Source of the DNA: Pseudothermotoga sp.
GTDB lineage: Bacteria; Thermotogota; Thermotogae; Thermotogales; DSM-5069
Direction: 5' to 3' (one strand)
NCBI GenBank assembly: GCA_031962025.1
Contig: JAVRKW010000001.1
Length of the DNA stretch: 64,000 nt
The notes beneath the pieces were generated by a model. The model was given only the letters and a program-made list of their open reading frames with translations. It searched no databases and was not told where the DNA came from. Below, in pieces: positions 10,633 through 20,032 of the stretch. Position numbers and translations under genes: made by a program. Numbering within the stretch: the stretch's first letter is position 1; every line of letters begins with the position of its first letter.

Positions 10633-11655
10633 ATGCCAAAGGTGGTAACTTTCGGTGAAATCATGATGAGACTTGCGACGCCAGGTTATCTCAGGTTAGT
10701 TCAGACTGATCGATTTGAGATTACGTACGCGGGAGCCGAGGCAAATGTAGCCGTTTCACTTGCAAATTTTGGTTTAAATGTCGCCTATGTCACTAAATTG
10801 CCCAATAACGAGTTGGGTCAGGCAGCTCTGAGAACTCTCAGGCAGTACGGTGTTGACACTTCTCATGTTGTCTTTGCCGATGGAAGGTTGGGATTGTATT
10901 TTCTCGAAACGGGTTTTTCCCAAAGGCCATCAAAAGTGATATATGACAGGTCAAATTCTGTTTTCGCGCTGTCAAAACCTGAAGACTTCAATTGGGATGA
11001 GATTTTTAAAGATGCCATCTGGTTTCACTTTACCGGTATAACACCGGCACTTTCAGATAATCTTGTGCAATCCTGCAGACAGGCTCTTCAAAAGGCAAAA
11101 GAAAGGAACATAACTGTTTCTTGTGATTTGAATTATCGTGCGAAACTCTGGAGTGAGCAAAAAGCAAGACAGGTGATGACTGAACTTGTTAAATACGTGG
11201 ACGTACTTTTTGCAAATGAGGAAGATGCAGAAAAAGTTTTTGCAATTCGTGCAGATGATTCAAACATCGTCGAAGGGAAACTGAGCTTAAAGGGATATGA
11301 ACAGGTGTGTCGCAGATTGAGAGATACCTTTGGTTTGAAAAAAGTTGCCATAAGTCTGAGAGAAAGTATTGTGGCAAACATAAACGGCTGGTCGGGTGTC
11401 CTTCTGGATGGTGACAATTTTTACCACAGCAAACAGTATACAGTTCACATTGTTGATCGAGTGGGTGCAGGTGATTCGTTTGCAGCCGGTTTAATCTATG
11501 GAATTATCAACAACATGGAACCCGAACAGGCTCTGAACTTTGCCGTTGCGGCTTCCTGTTTGAAACACACGATAGTCGGCGATTTTAATCAGGTGACCCT
11601 GCAAGAGGTGAAGAATCTGGCAAAAGGTGAAGGAACTGGGCGAGTGGTGAGATGA
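10633..11655 (+). CDS. kdgK: 2-keto-3-deoxygluconate kinase (PfkB family)
   Basis: VVTFGEIMMRL, GAEANVA, SCDLNYRAKLW, DRVGAGDSFAAG. Confidence 0.9.
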   Translation: MPKVVTFGEIMMRLATPGYLRLVQTDRFEITYAGAEANVAVSLANFGLNVAYVTKLPNNELGQAALRTLRQYGVDTSHVVFADGRLGLYFLETGFSQRPSKVIYDRSNSVFALSKPEDFNWDEIFKDAIWFHFTGITPALSDNLVQSCRQALQKAKERNITVSCDLNYRAKLWSEQKARQVMTELVKYVDVLFANEEDAEKVFAIRADDSNIVEGKLSLKGYEQVCRRLRDTFGLKKVAISLRESIVANINGWSGVLLDGDNFYHSKQYTVHIVDRVGAGDSFAAGLIYGIINNMEPEQALNFAVAASCLKHTIVGDFNQVTLQEVKNLAKGEGTGRVVR

Positions 11656-12411
11656 ATGGCGATAGGATCTGTTGAAAAGACTTTGAAAATTCTGGAATTC
11701 ATAATACTGAGAAAAAATGGTGCGCGAATCCAGGATATTGCACAACATCTGAAAATATCTTCTCCTGCTGTGTACAAGCATCTTGAAACCCTTGTTCAGG
11801 CAGGTTATGTTTTCAAAGAACCACACAGCCATAGATATCTGCCATCTTACAAAATAGTCGAACTTGGCAGTATAATCCTCAGGAATGTGCAGGTCAGGGA
11901 AATAGCCCATCCGTTTTTAGTGGATCTCATGGAAAAAACCGGCATGACCGTTCATTTTGCCCTTAAAAGTGGTTATGAGGGAGTGTACATTGACAAAATA
12001 GAGAGTGATCGAACAATTCCGACCGTGTCTCGAATAGGTATGAAGATGAGGCTCTACTCAACCGGCTTTGGCAAAGCAATCCTGGCATTTCTTCCAGAAG
12101 AAGAGCTCGAAGATTACTTTTCCAAAGTGAAACTTGAAAAGCAAACCGAACATACGATAGTCGATGTGAAATTGCTGAAGAAGGAACTTTCCATCGTCAG
12201 GCAAAAAGGTTATGCTGTTGACAGAGAGGAAAATGAGCCTGGTATAATGTGTATTGGAGCACCCGTGTTTGATTACACAGGTAATGTAATAGGAGGCATC
12301 AGTGTTACAGGGGCTGTTAGTTCTTTCAGCCAACAAGCCATCGATATCGTTGCAAATGAAGTTGTTAAGACAGCGCATGAGATTTGTAAAAAACTCGGAG
12401 CATCCCTTTGA
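11656..12411 (+). CDS. IclR family transcriptional regulator (KdgR-like)
   Basis: N-terminal HTH, STGFGKAILA, GYAVDREENEPGIMCIGAPVFD. Confidence 0.93.
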   Translation: MAIGSVEKTLKILEFIILRKNGARIQDIAQHLKISSPAVYKHLETLVQAGYVFKEPHSHRYLPSYKIVELGSIILRNVQVREIAHPFLVDLMEKTGMTVHFALKSGYEGVYIDKIESDRTIPTVSRIGMKMRLYSTGFGKAILAFLPEEELEDYFSKVKLEKQTEHTIVDVKLLKKELSIVRQKGYAVDREENEPGIMCIGAPVFDYTGNVIGGISVTGAVSSFSQQAIDIVANEVVKTAHEICKKLGASL

Positions 12412-12474
12412 ACACACCCAGACCACCTCTGTCAAGATTGCGAACAATCAATACCATATATAAATGGAGGTGGT

Positions 12475-12852
12475 GTGATGCGTCTGAAGTTTGTCTTTGG
12501 TACGTGTGAAGTTGTGGCTGAACTTTATGAAGACAAAGCTCCAGTAACTATCGATGCGATCAAAAAGTGTTTACCGATTAAAAGCATCATAAACAGATGG
12601 GGTGACGAGATTTATTTCGAAACACCTGTAAAACTCGCATTGGATGAGAACAGCAAAGAAACGGTAGAAGAAGGAGACGTTGCATTCTGGATACCCGGCA
12701 AAGCTATATGCATTTTCTTTGGTAAAACACCGATAAGCGATGACAAAATAAGGCCAGCCAGTGCGGTGAATGTGTTCGGCAAGATAAAAGAAGGTTTGCA
12801 ATTGCTCAAAGAGATTAAAGCCGGTACTAAGGTGATAGTTCAGGTCGACTAA
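12475..12852 (+). CDS. Cyclophilin-like fold protein (DUF369-like)
   Basis: NRWGDEIYF, GDVAFWIPGKAICIFFGKTP, ASAVNVFG; SD GGAGGTG. Confidence 0.8.
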   Translation: MMRLKFVFGTCEVVAELYEDKAPVTIDAIKKCLPIKSIINRWGDEIYFETPVKLALDENSKETVEEGDVAFWIPGKAICIFFGKTPISDDKIRPASAVNVFGKIKEGLQLLKEIKAGTKVIVQVD

Positions 12853-12895
12853 TTTCTCCTCCTGTGGTAACATATCTTAGAAGGGAGGAGAATCA

Positions 12896-13480
12896 GTGAA
12901 TCAGAAAACGTTGTTTTATATACTCATTGCATTCATAGTGTTTTTCATTGTCACACAGTTAGTCACAACTCTTACGCAAAAGCCACCTTTTGAAATAGCT
13001 TATTACAGGAGTGAAATGGAATACGATTACACAGGCCAGGCGACATTCACAGCAACGGCTGGCCTGTTTTTCAAAGATAAATCCAAGCAGCAGCAGTATA
13101 TCAATCAGTACCAGCAGGCTTCTGTATCAACCTTTAAGAGTTACTTTGACGAAGTCAGCAAAAAGATCGGAAGGCAGATAGATGTGATCTCAATGAATTC
13201 GACTATTACCGAGAGATCTGGCATACTCGAGGTGCTCGAAATTGCCCGATTATCAAACGCTGCACTTGTGCAAGACGGTGTCGTTGACACATCGTTGAAA
13301 GATATTTCGATATATTCGGTCAGCGACTCTCAGATCAAAGTTGTTGTTCCACACGATGCACAGATACTGACCATAGAACCAACACCCACCAAGGTTGTTT
13401 CAAACCAGATTTACTGGCAACCAAGCCAGGCTTCCATGGCTTTTCCAAAGGTTGTTTTCAGGAAAGGTGGAGAAAATTGA
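12896..13480 (+). CDS. Conserved Thermotogota exported/membrane-anchored protein (DUF4897-like)
   Basis: N-terminal TM helix, SD GGAGGAG, coupled to the next gene; family name from recall. Confidence 0.7.
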   Translation: MNQKTLFYILIAFIVFFIVTQLVTTLTQKPPFEIAYYRSEMEYDYTGQATFTATAGLFFKDKSKQQQYINQYQQASVSTFKSYFDEVSKKIGRQIDVISMNSTITERSGILEVLEIARLSNAALVQDGVVDTSLKDISIYSVSDSQIKVVVPHDAQILTIEPTPTKVVSNQIYWQPSQASMAFPKVVFRKGGEN

Positions 13481-14217
13481 TAGACCGTTTTCTTGGACTG
13501 CTCAGATCTTCCAAATATGCTGTTGCCCTGACTGGTGCGGGGATCAGTACACCAAGCGGTATACCTGATTTTCGAAGTCCAACTGGGCTTTATTCGAAGT
13601 ATCCCGAGGATATCTTCGATATAGAATATTTTCAGCGCGATCCAGAGGGATTCTACAGGTTCTGTAAAGAAGTCCTGTTACCGATGACTGATGTAAAACC
13701 AAATTTGGCACACATCATGCTTGCAAAGCTTGAACAAAAGGGCATCTTGAAAGCAACAATCACGCAAAATATAGATGGTCTCCACCAGAAAGCTAAAAGC
13801 AAAAACGTCATAGAACTGCACGGCAGTGTATATGAGTATTACTGTACCAAGTGTTCGAAAAAATTTGATCTTTCATCGATTAAAAAGATGCTTGAATCTT
13901 CAAAAGTGCCGTTTTGTAGTTGTTCTGGTTTGATTCGCCCAAAGATCGTTTTTTTCGGTGAACCTTTAGATGAAAAAGCCCTTCATAGCGCGCAGGAATA
14001 TGCAGCAAGGTGTGACTTGATGATTGTACTTGGAAGCTCTCTTGTTGTCTATCCAGCGGCACAGCTTCCTTTGATCGCAAAAATGAAAGGCGCAAAGGTT
14101 GTGATTTTAAACAAAGGTGAAACTGGCTTTGATCACATGTGTGACATGAAAATTGAAGAAGATCTTTCTTCTTTTGCAGAAAAATGTTTTGCACTGGATT
14201 CAAATCTTTTCAGCTGA
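13477..14217 (+). CDS. cobB: NAD-dependent protein deacylase, Sir2 family
   Basis: GAGISTPSGIPDFR, TQNIDGLHQKA, HGS, CxxC..CxC, GSSLVVYPAA. Confidence 0.95.
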   Translation: MIDRFLGLLRSSKYAVALTGAGISTPSGIPDFRSPTGLYSKYPEDIFDIEYFQRDPEGFYRFCKEVLLPMTDVKPNLAHIMLAKLEQKGILKATITQNIDGLHQKAKSKNVIELHGSVYEYYCTKCSKKFDLSSIKKMLESSKVPFCSCSGLIRPKIVFFGEPLDEKALHSAQEYAARCDLMIVLGSSLVVYPAAQLPLIAKMKGAKVVILNKGETGFDHMCDMKIEEDLSSFAEKCFALDSNLFS

Positions 14218-14258
14218 GTTATACTACAAAATGATTAGAAAAACAGGGAGCTGAGCAC

Positions 14259-15182
14259 ATGAGTGAAAAGGTGGCAGTTTTCGGGAAGGTCAATGTGGAT
14301 ACGATTTTGTACATTGATCGACTCCAGATAGGGGAAAATCACCTGTGTCAGCAAACGCTCGTGGATATAGGCGGAAAAGGCGCAAACACCGCTATAGGTC
14401 TTGCAAAACTCGGTGTGGATAGCTATCTAATAGCCTGTGTGGGAACTGACAGCATCTCACAGAATGTTCTCAAAAAGCTGGAGAAATTTGGTGTTGACAC
14501 TTCATTCATCAAATCCTGTGCTGCTCAGATTGGTAAGACATTTGTCGTTGTTGAGTCAAAGGGTAGAAACACGATGTTCCACATCCTGGGAGCAAATAGC
14601 TATCTGAATCCCGAGATGATAGATTGGACTTTTCTGGAAAAATCAACTGCGGTCTTCATTCAATTTGGTATACCAGCCGATACGGTTCGGGAAGTCATAA
14701 CAATGTCGAAACGCAATGGAAAATATGTCTACATCGATCCGGCAGGATTTGTAGATGAGTCCATCTTGGAGATAGTTGCGTATGCCGATACGATAGCTCC
14801 AAATGAATTCGAACTCTTCAAGATGACGAAAGAAACAGACATAGAAAAGGCAGCCAAAAAACTCTTGTCTTTTGGTGTTGAAGAAGTTGTCGTTAAACTT
14901 GGATCGAAAGGTGCCAGTTTGTTCTCTGAGAAAACATCACTTCACATAGATGCATACGAAGTTGATGTGATTGACACAACGGGTGCCGGAGATGCATTCA
15001 ACGCAGCGTATATCGCAGGCAAAATGAAAAAACTTTCATTGAGAGACACTTTAAAACTCGCCGTTGCGGCTTCGGCAATTTCCGTCACAAGACAGGGCAC
15101 CTCCAGTGCAAGTCCAACCAAGGAAGAGCTAATGGAATTTCTCACAAAAGCAGGGGAAAGAGATCTTACAAACATCTTTTGA
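14259..15182 (+). CDS. PfkB family carbohydrate kinase (ribokinase-like)
   Basis: GGKGANTA, PNEFE, DTTGAGDAFNAA. Confidence 0.9.
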   Translation: MSEKVAVFGKVNVDTILYIDRLQIGENHLCQQTLVDIGGKGANTAIGLAKLGVDSYLIACVGTDSISQNVLKKLEKFGVDTSFIKSCAAQIGKTFVVVESKGRNTMFHILGANSYLNPEMIDWTFLEKSTAVFIQFGIPADTVREVITMSKRNGKYVYIDPAGFVDESILEIVAYADTIAPNEFELFKMTKETDIEKAAKKLLSFGVEEVVVKLGSKGASLFSEKTSLHIDAYEVDVIDTTGAGDAFNAAYIAGKMKKLSLRDTLKLAVAASAISVTRQGTSSASPTKEELMEFLTKAGERDLTNIF

Positions 15183-15197
15183 AAAGAAGGTGAGCGC

Positions 15198-16769
15198 TTG
15201 AAAAAATACGTTGTTGTGACCGGTGGAGTACTGAGTGGTGTCGGAAAAGGTATTTTTTCTGCATCTCTTGCAAGATTACTCAAAGAATGCGGTGTCAGGG
15301 TAAATGTTCTTAAGATAGACCCGTATCTGAATGTGGATGCTGGAACGATGAATCCCAATCAGCACGGAGAGGTGTTTGTAACAGAAGACGGCTATGAAGC
15401 AGATTTAGATCTCGGACATTACGAGCGATTCCTCGGTGAAAATATGAGCAGAAAGAACAACATAACGGCAGGACAGATTTATTCAACTGTTGTACAGAGA
15501 GAAAGAGAAGGGGGTTACCTTGGTTCAACTGTTCAGATAGTCCCTCATGTAACAGGAGAGATCAAAAAAAGAATTGAGTCGCTCGAAGGAGAGGTAAATG
15601 TCATCGAGATAGGTGGTACAGTTGGAGACATAGAAAGTGAAGTGTTCCTGGAGAGTGTTCGCGAGCTTGCACTGGAAAAATCTTCAGATGATTTTTTGTT
15701 CATACACGTTACATACGTGCCGTATTTGAGAGCTTCAAATGAATTCAAAACCAAACCAACACAGCAATCGGTTCAACTGCTTCGAAGATCTGGTATCAAT
15801 CCAGACATGATAGTTATCAGATCTGAAAATCCCGTGAATGGCGACAGCCTCAAAAAGGTAGCTCTCTTTGGTGGAGTGCCAATTGACATGGTGATAAATC
15901 TGCCTGATGTGCCGAATGTCTATTCTGTTGTTGAGATACTGAAAAATTACGAAGTACACAGGAAAGTGGCTATGAGATTGAAAATAAACCTTGATGAATC
16001 GAATTTCAGATGGGATTATCCCAAAACATTCAAAACTTACAAGATAGCACTTGTGGCAAAATATCTTGGTACTGATGATGCATATAAAAGCATCATCGAA
16101 TCTGTTTTCTTATCGGGGTGTGTTAAACCATCGATTGTTGATGCGCAGATTCTCGAGGAGATGGACTGGGAGCAGGTATGTGAAACCCTTAGCGATTACG
16201 ATGCCTTGATAATACCCGGTGGATTTGGAAAAAGAGGCATAGAAGGTAAAATAAGGGCAATTCATTTTGCAAGAGAGTACAAAAAACCAATTCTTGGAAT
16301 TTGTCTGGGTATGCAGTTAATGGTGATCGAATTTGCAAGAAATGTTTTTGGTTATAAAAATGCCAACTCTACGGAATTTGATCCAGACACACCTTATCCG
16401 GTTATAACGCTCATGGAGGAACAGAAAAAAATCTTGCAGCTTGGTGGAACAATGAGGCTCGGTTCACAATCCATGAAAATCTTGAAAGGTACCAGATTAT
16501 GGCAGATATATGGTGAGATTGAACAGGTAGCTGAAAGGCACAGACATCGCTATGAAGTCAATTACGATGATTATCCTGAACTGTTCAAACTGCCGGGTCA
16601 GGAAGGAAACAAACTTGTTATAAGTGCACAGTCAAATTTTATCGAGGCAATTGAACTGGAAGATCATCCATATTTCATTGGAATACAGTATCATCCAGAA
16701 TTGAAAACAAAAGTAGGCGCTCCACATCCATTGTTCAAAGCTTTGATCAACTCAATCAAGAACAGTTAA
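15198..16769 (+). CDS. pyrG: CTP synthase
   Basis: TGGVLSGVGKG, KIDPYLNVDAGTMNP, GICLGMQ, ERHRHRYEVN, QYHPE. Confidence 0.98.
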   Translation: MKKYVVVTGGVLSGVGKGIFSASLARLLKECGVRVNVLKIDPYLNVDAGTMNPNQHGEVFVTEDGYEADLDLGHYERFLGENMSRKNNITAGQIYSTVVQREREGGYLGSTVQIVPHVTGEIKKRIESLEGEVNVIEIGGTVGDIESEVFLESVRELALEKSSDDFLFIHVTYVPYLRASNEFKTKPTQQSVQLLRRSGINPDMIVIRSENPVNGDSLKKVALFGGVPIDMVINLPDVPNVYSVVEILKNYEVHRKVAMRLKINLDESNFRWDYPKTFKTYKIALVAKYLGTDDAYKSIIESVFLSGCVKPSIVDAQILEEMDWEQVCETLSDYDALIIPGGFGKRGIEGKIRAIHFAREYKKPILGICLGMQLMVIEFARNVFGYKNANSTEFDPDTPYPVITLMEEQKKILQLGGTMRLGSQSMKILKGTRLWQIYGEIEQVAERHRHRYEVNYDDYPELFKLPGQEGNKLVISAQSNFIEAIELEDHPYFIGIQYHPELKTKVGAPHPLFKALINSIKNS

Positions 16770-16827
16770 GTGAAGGGACTTGAAAAAAATTGAGCCGTAT
16801 GATAGGATAATCAATGGTTGCTACGGT

Positions 16828-16902
16828 GGGTGCGTAGCTCAGAGGAAGAGCGTCTGCCTTACGAGCAGAAGGCCGTAGGTTCGAGTCCTGCCGCACCCAC
16901 CA
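16828..16902 (+). tRNA. tRNA-Val(TAC)
   Basis: Acceptor GGGTGCG/CGCACCC, anticodon arm TCTGC-CTTACGA-GCAGA, TTCGAGT loop, CCA end. Confidence 0.97.
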
Positions 16903-16909
16903 AAGGAGT

Positions 16910-16985
16910 GGCCAGGTAGCTCAGTTGGTAGAGCACTGGACTGAAAATCCAGGTGTCGACGGTTCGATTCCGCCCCTGGCCACCA
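16910..16985 (+). tRNA. tRNA-Phe(GAA)
   Basis: Acceptor GGCCAGG/CCTGGCC, anticodon arm CTGGA-CTGAAAA-TCCAG, CCA end. Confidence 0.97.
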
Positions 16986-17012
16986 GTTTTGTTTACCAAT
17001 ATGTGGATTTTC

Positions 17013-17046
17013 AGTCCGGTCACTTTGTCCGGACTTTTTGTTTTTT
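17013..17046 (+). terminator. Rho-independent terminator of the tRNA pair
   Basis: AGTCCGG...CCGGACT stem followed by TTTTGTTTTTT. Confidence 0.8.
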
Positions 17047-17116
17047 ATAAACCCCCTAGATATTGATTAATAATCAAACTGTCGAGTCAGAGAGGAAATT
17101 TACGATCTCCCGCTGG

Positions 17117-17153
17117 GAAAGCCAACCCTTTTAAAGGTGGAATGAAAGGCGGG
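17117..17153. mobile_element. Degenerate IS200/IS605-like end motif
   Basis: GAAAGCCAACCCTTTTAAAGGTGGAATGAAAGGCGGG resembles IS200/IS605 subterminal hairpins (AAGCC.CC..TTTA..GGTGG); no transposase nearby. Confidence 0.4.
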
Positions 17154-17195
17154 CGTCTTGGGTTCAGACTGACGGCAAATGATGGAAACGATCGG

Positions 17196-17375
17196 TCACA
17201 ACGGTATACGAAGCAAAAACCCTATCATGATCTTCAGCAGAGTACTCTTTCCTGAACCGTTTTCACCAACGATTACTTTGAAGTCTCCTTCTTCTGCGTA
17301 AAAATCGACCATATCAAGAACCCGAAGCTTCCCGAACGATTTTTTGATACCGACAACTTCCACCACTCTTCTCAT
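17196..17375 (-). pseudogene. Truncated ABC transporter ATP-binding protein (N-terminal 59 aa)
   Basis: MRRVVEVVGIKKSFGKLRVLDMVDFYAEEGDFKVIVGENGSGKSTLLKIMIGFLLRIPL*: Walker A present, rest of the domain missing. Confidence 0.85.
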
Positions 17376-17382
17376 ATCAATT

Positions 17383-17526
17383 TCACCCTTTCACGAACAC
17401 CATTACATAATAGATACAGTCCTTACACTCGTTGTCAGTATAATCATTTTCCATGAATTGAGAATAACGCAATGAGAAAATCCGAAGACTGTGAGAGGAA
17501 AACATAAGGTCAGAGATACCTTTCAT
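17383..17526 (-). pseudogene. Short 47-aa ORF, probable collapsed radical SAM/SPASM gene remnant
   Basis: MKGISDLMFSSHSLRIFSLRYSQFMENDYTDNECKDCIYYVMVFVKG*; SD GGGGGT; CKDCIYYVM fits SPASM CxxCxxxxxC but lacks the third Cys. Confidence 0.5.
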
Positions 17527-17572
17527 TGAACAACCCCCATTCCCCCTGGGTTAGAAAAACTTCAAAATTGGG

Positions 17573-19315
17573 TCAGACATCCTTATCAGTGATCTTTTTT
17601 GATTCATTCACGTACGTTTCTATTATCCTTCTGAATGTTGCGTTGTTTTGCATCAACTCTTCGAACCTTCCGATAGAAGAAACTTTTCCATTTTCAAGGA
17701 AGATTATCTTACTTGCAACCCTAATGATATTGGGCTTGTGCGATATCATGATGGCTGTTTTTTCTTTCAAAAATTCTATCAATTTCTCCAGTAAGAATTT
17801 TTCTGTTATTGTGTCCAGATTCGTGAGAGGTTCATCCAGAACAACGACAGATTTGTCTGCATAGAAGATCCTGGCAAGTTGTATCCTCTGTTTTTCTCCT
17901 CCTGAGGCGAAGCTTCCTCCTTCCCCCAGTTTTCTTCCTCTCAGATGTTCTATTCCAAGTTCCCTTATGATTCTTTCGAGTTTTTTCTCATCGTTCTCTC
18001 TTCCAAGAACTATGTTGTTTTCAAGGGTATCGTTGAATATACCGACGTTCTGGGAATAAAAAGCGACATGTTCGAAAACAGCCGAGGGCATTACCTGCTT
18101 TAAATCGTTTCCAAAGAATCTCACCACACCTTCATAGTTCTGTTCCAGGCCAAGCAGTATGTTCAACAGAGTGGACTTTCCTTCTCCAGAGAGACCCACT
18201 ATGGCAACGATTTCACGGGGTTGAATCGTGAAGCTGACCTGCCTTAAAATGGGTTTTCCTGGCTCAAAGCCAAAGGTAACATCCACCAGTTCATAAACAG
18301 GGCTTCCAGGAACGGGTTTTATTTCACGCTTTTTGAAGGTTTCTTCGGCTCGTCTTACTTCATCGAAGTAATCAAGTACAGCATCGAGGTTCGCCGACAC
18401 TCGTGTTATGACACGAGCCAGTTCTCTGAACATGTACAGGGGTGCCGTTACAAAAGAAAAGTATGTCCACAGTGCCCATATCGTTCCCACGGTCATTTTC
18501 CCGTCTATTACAAGGTATGCTCCATAGGTGAGAATGAAGAGCCGTGTGAAATATTCTGGAAGGTTCACCATCAGTTTATCGAATCTTGAGCGGGGAAGTT
18601 CTGCTTTCAAAACGGTGTCCGCCACCTGCTGATACATCGTCTCGCACTCTTTCTGACGTTTCTTTTGGGCTTCTCCGGCTAGTACTTCGTGGATGTTTTC
18701 AAACGTTTCGGTGATGAAACCCGTTACACGACGTAAAGTTTCATACATCTGCGCGTACGGCCGCTCGGTCACTCTGCCGATGATGTTCAGATAAATTCCG
18801 ACTATCACAGCATTCGCCACAAACAGGCCAAAAAAGGCTTTACTCCACACAAAAACAGTTGCCAGTATGAATACGCTACGTATTATCACCAGGACGTTCT
18901 GGAAAAATCCGTAATCAAGCAGGAAAAATGCGTCGTTGAGTTGATGATTTATCAGAGTGGCATAGTAGGCAGAACCCTGTTGTTTTAGCTTTTGCCAGGG
19001 AAAGAAAAACGACTGACTGAAGATGCGACTGGACAGATCTGCTACGGCTCTGTACTTTGCTTTCAGGTAGATCTGGTCTCCAGCGTACGTAAGAACGAAA
19101 GACAATGCATAGAGAAATCCAAGAAGATAGATCGTGTTCAGTCTCAGCTCCAGTCCTGCCAGTCCATCGATGACATCTCGCACAAGAAGAGGGATGAAGA
19201 AATCGAACACAACAGAAGATGTTGCAAGAAAGCCACCTATAACTATGAGCACCAAAAAATGCTTTCGAATTAGAGAGTAAAAGCGAAGAATCTTCCGGAT
19301 AATCCTGAGGTTCAA
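17573..19315 (-). CDS. ABC exporter, fused permease/ATPase (peptide/multidrug type, no C39 peptidase domain)
   Basis: N-terminal TM domain, GLSGEGKST, ASGGEKQR, LDEPLTNLD; TTG start with AAGGAGGG. Confidence 0.92.
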   Translation of the reverse strand: MNLRIIRKILRFYSLIRKHFLVLIVIGGFLATSSVVFDFFIPLLVRDVIDGLAGLELRLNTIYLLGFLYALSFVLTYAGDQIYLKAKYRAVADLSSRIFSQSFFFPWQKLKQQGSAYYATLINHQLNDAFFLLDYGFFQNVLVIIRSVFILATVFVWSKAFFGLFVANAVIVGIYLNIIGRVTERPYAQMYETLRRVTGFITETFENIHEVLAGEAQKKRQKECETMYQQVADTVLKAELPRSRFDKLMVNLPEYFTRLFILTYGAYLVIDGKMTVGTIWALWTYFSFVTAPLYMFRELARVITRVSANLDAVLDYFDEVRRAEETFKKREIKPVPGSPVYELVDVTFGFEPGKPILRQVSFTIQPREIVAIVGLSGEGKSTLLNILLGLEQNYEGVVRFFGNDLKQVMPSAVFEHVAFYSQNVGIFNDTLENNIVLGRENDEKKLERIIRELGIEHLRGRKLGEGGSFASGGEKQRIQLARIFYADKSVVVLDEPLTNLDTITEKFLLEKLIEFLKEKTAIMISHKPNIIRVASKIIFLENGKVSSIGRFEELMQNNATFRRIIETYVNESKKITDKDV

Positions 19316-19371
19316 GATTTTCCCTCCTTAGTTCGATTGTTTGACAACAGTGATTCAGTAAAAACAATGGT

Positions 19372-19391
19372 AAGGGGGAGTGCTCCCCTTT
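19372..19391 (-). promoter_or_regulatory. Stem-loop between the Cys-rich peptide gene and the ABC exporter
   Basis: AAGGGGGAG-TG-CTCCCCTTT inverted repeat 8 nt past the peptide stop. Confidence 0.6.
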
Positions 19392-19398
19392 CTTGTAA

Positions 19399-19524
19399 TT
19401 ATCCAGTTAGTACAGATCTACAACAAGCGCCGCTTAAGCAGCAAAAACCAGTAAACTGAGCACATTCCCATTCATGGATACCAGAAGTGCTATTAATTTG
19501 TAGGGCTTTTCGTAGAATTTTCAC
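19399..19524 (-). CDS. 41-aa Cys-rich peptide, putative RiPP/bacteriocin precursor (not in ORF track)
   Basis: GTG start with strong SD AAAGGGGGTGA; MKILRKALQINSTSGIHEWECAQFTGFCCLSGACCRSVLTG*; basic leader plus 5-Cys core. Confidence 0.8.
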   Translation of the reverse strand: MKILRKALQINSTSGIHEWECAQFTGFCCLSGACCRSVLTG

Positions 19525-19679
19525 TTTGCTCACCCCCTTTCTATGTTAAAATTTTATTCCCAAAAATTTCAATGTATTTACGCATTTTGTTGGATGATAG
19601 CCTGGCACGTTTGCAACCACCCATCTTTTTTCCTTCTTTTCCCTTTACTTCAACTACCTCTTCTTATGCAGAACAAGGG

Positions 19680-19877
19680 TTAGAAACCCTGGTTTTCAAC
19701 AGTTAAATCTTTGGAAGTAACCTCGCAAGCAACTGTGCTTTTGGGTGCAACCTGAACCAGTTCCGCAATCTCGCTTTTCCAGGAATGTGTTTCGTTATCT
19801 GTCTTCACTTTGTCAGCGAAAATGGTTGCAGACAGGAGGACGAGTATCGAAAGGATAATCATCAAAACCTTTCGCAT
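19680..19877 (-). CDS. Small secreted protein/propeptide (65 aa)
   Basis: Sec signal MRKVLMIILSILVLLSATIFA|DK; SD AGGTGA; upstream TTGAAA-16-TAAAGT. Confidence 0.75.
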   Translation of the reverse strand: MRKVLMIILSILVLLSATIFADKVKTDNETHSWKSEIAELVQVAPKSTVACEVTSKDLTVENQGF

Positions 19878-20032
19878 TTCTGATCACCTGTCATCACTTT
19901 ATCAAACCTTATATGGTTTTCAAGTTTTGGCTGTTCCGAGATCCTCTTTAGAAGAACGTTTCTAACACCAAATTTTATGGACTTTGAAACAATTTGATTT
20001 TTTGAGATATAACTATAACAGAGGGAGTAAAG

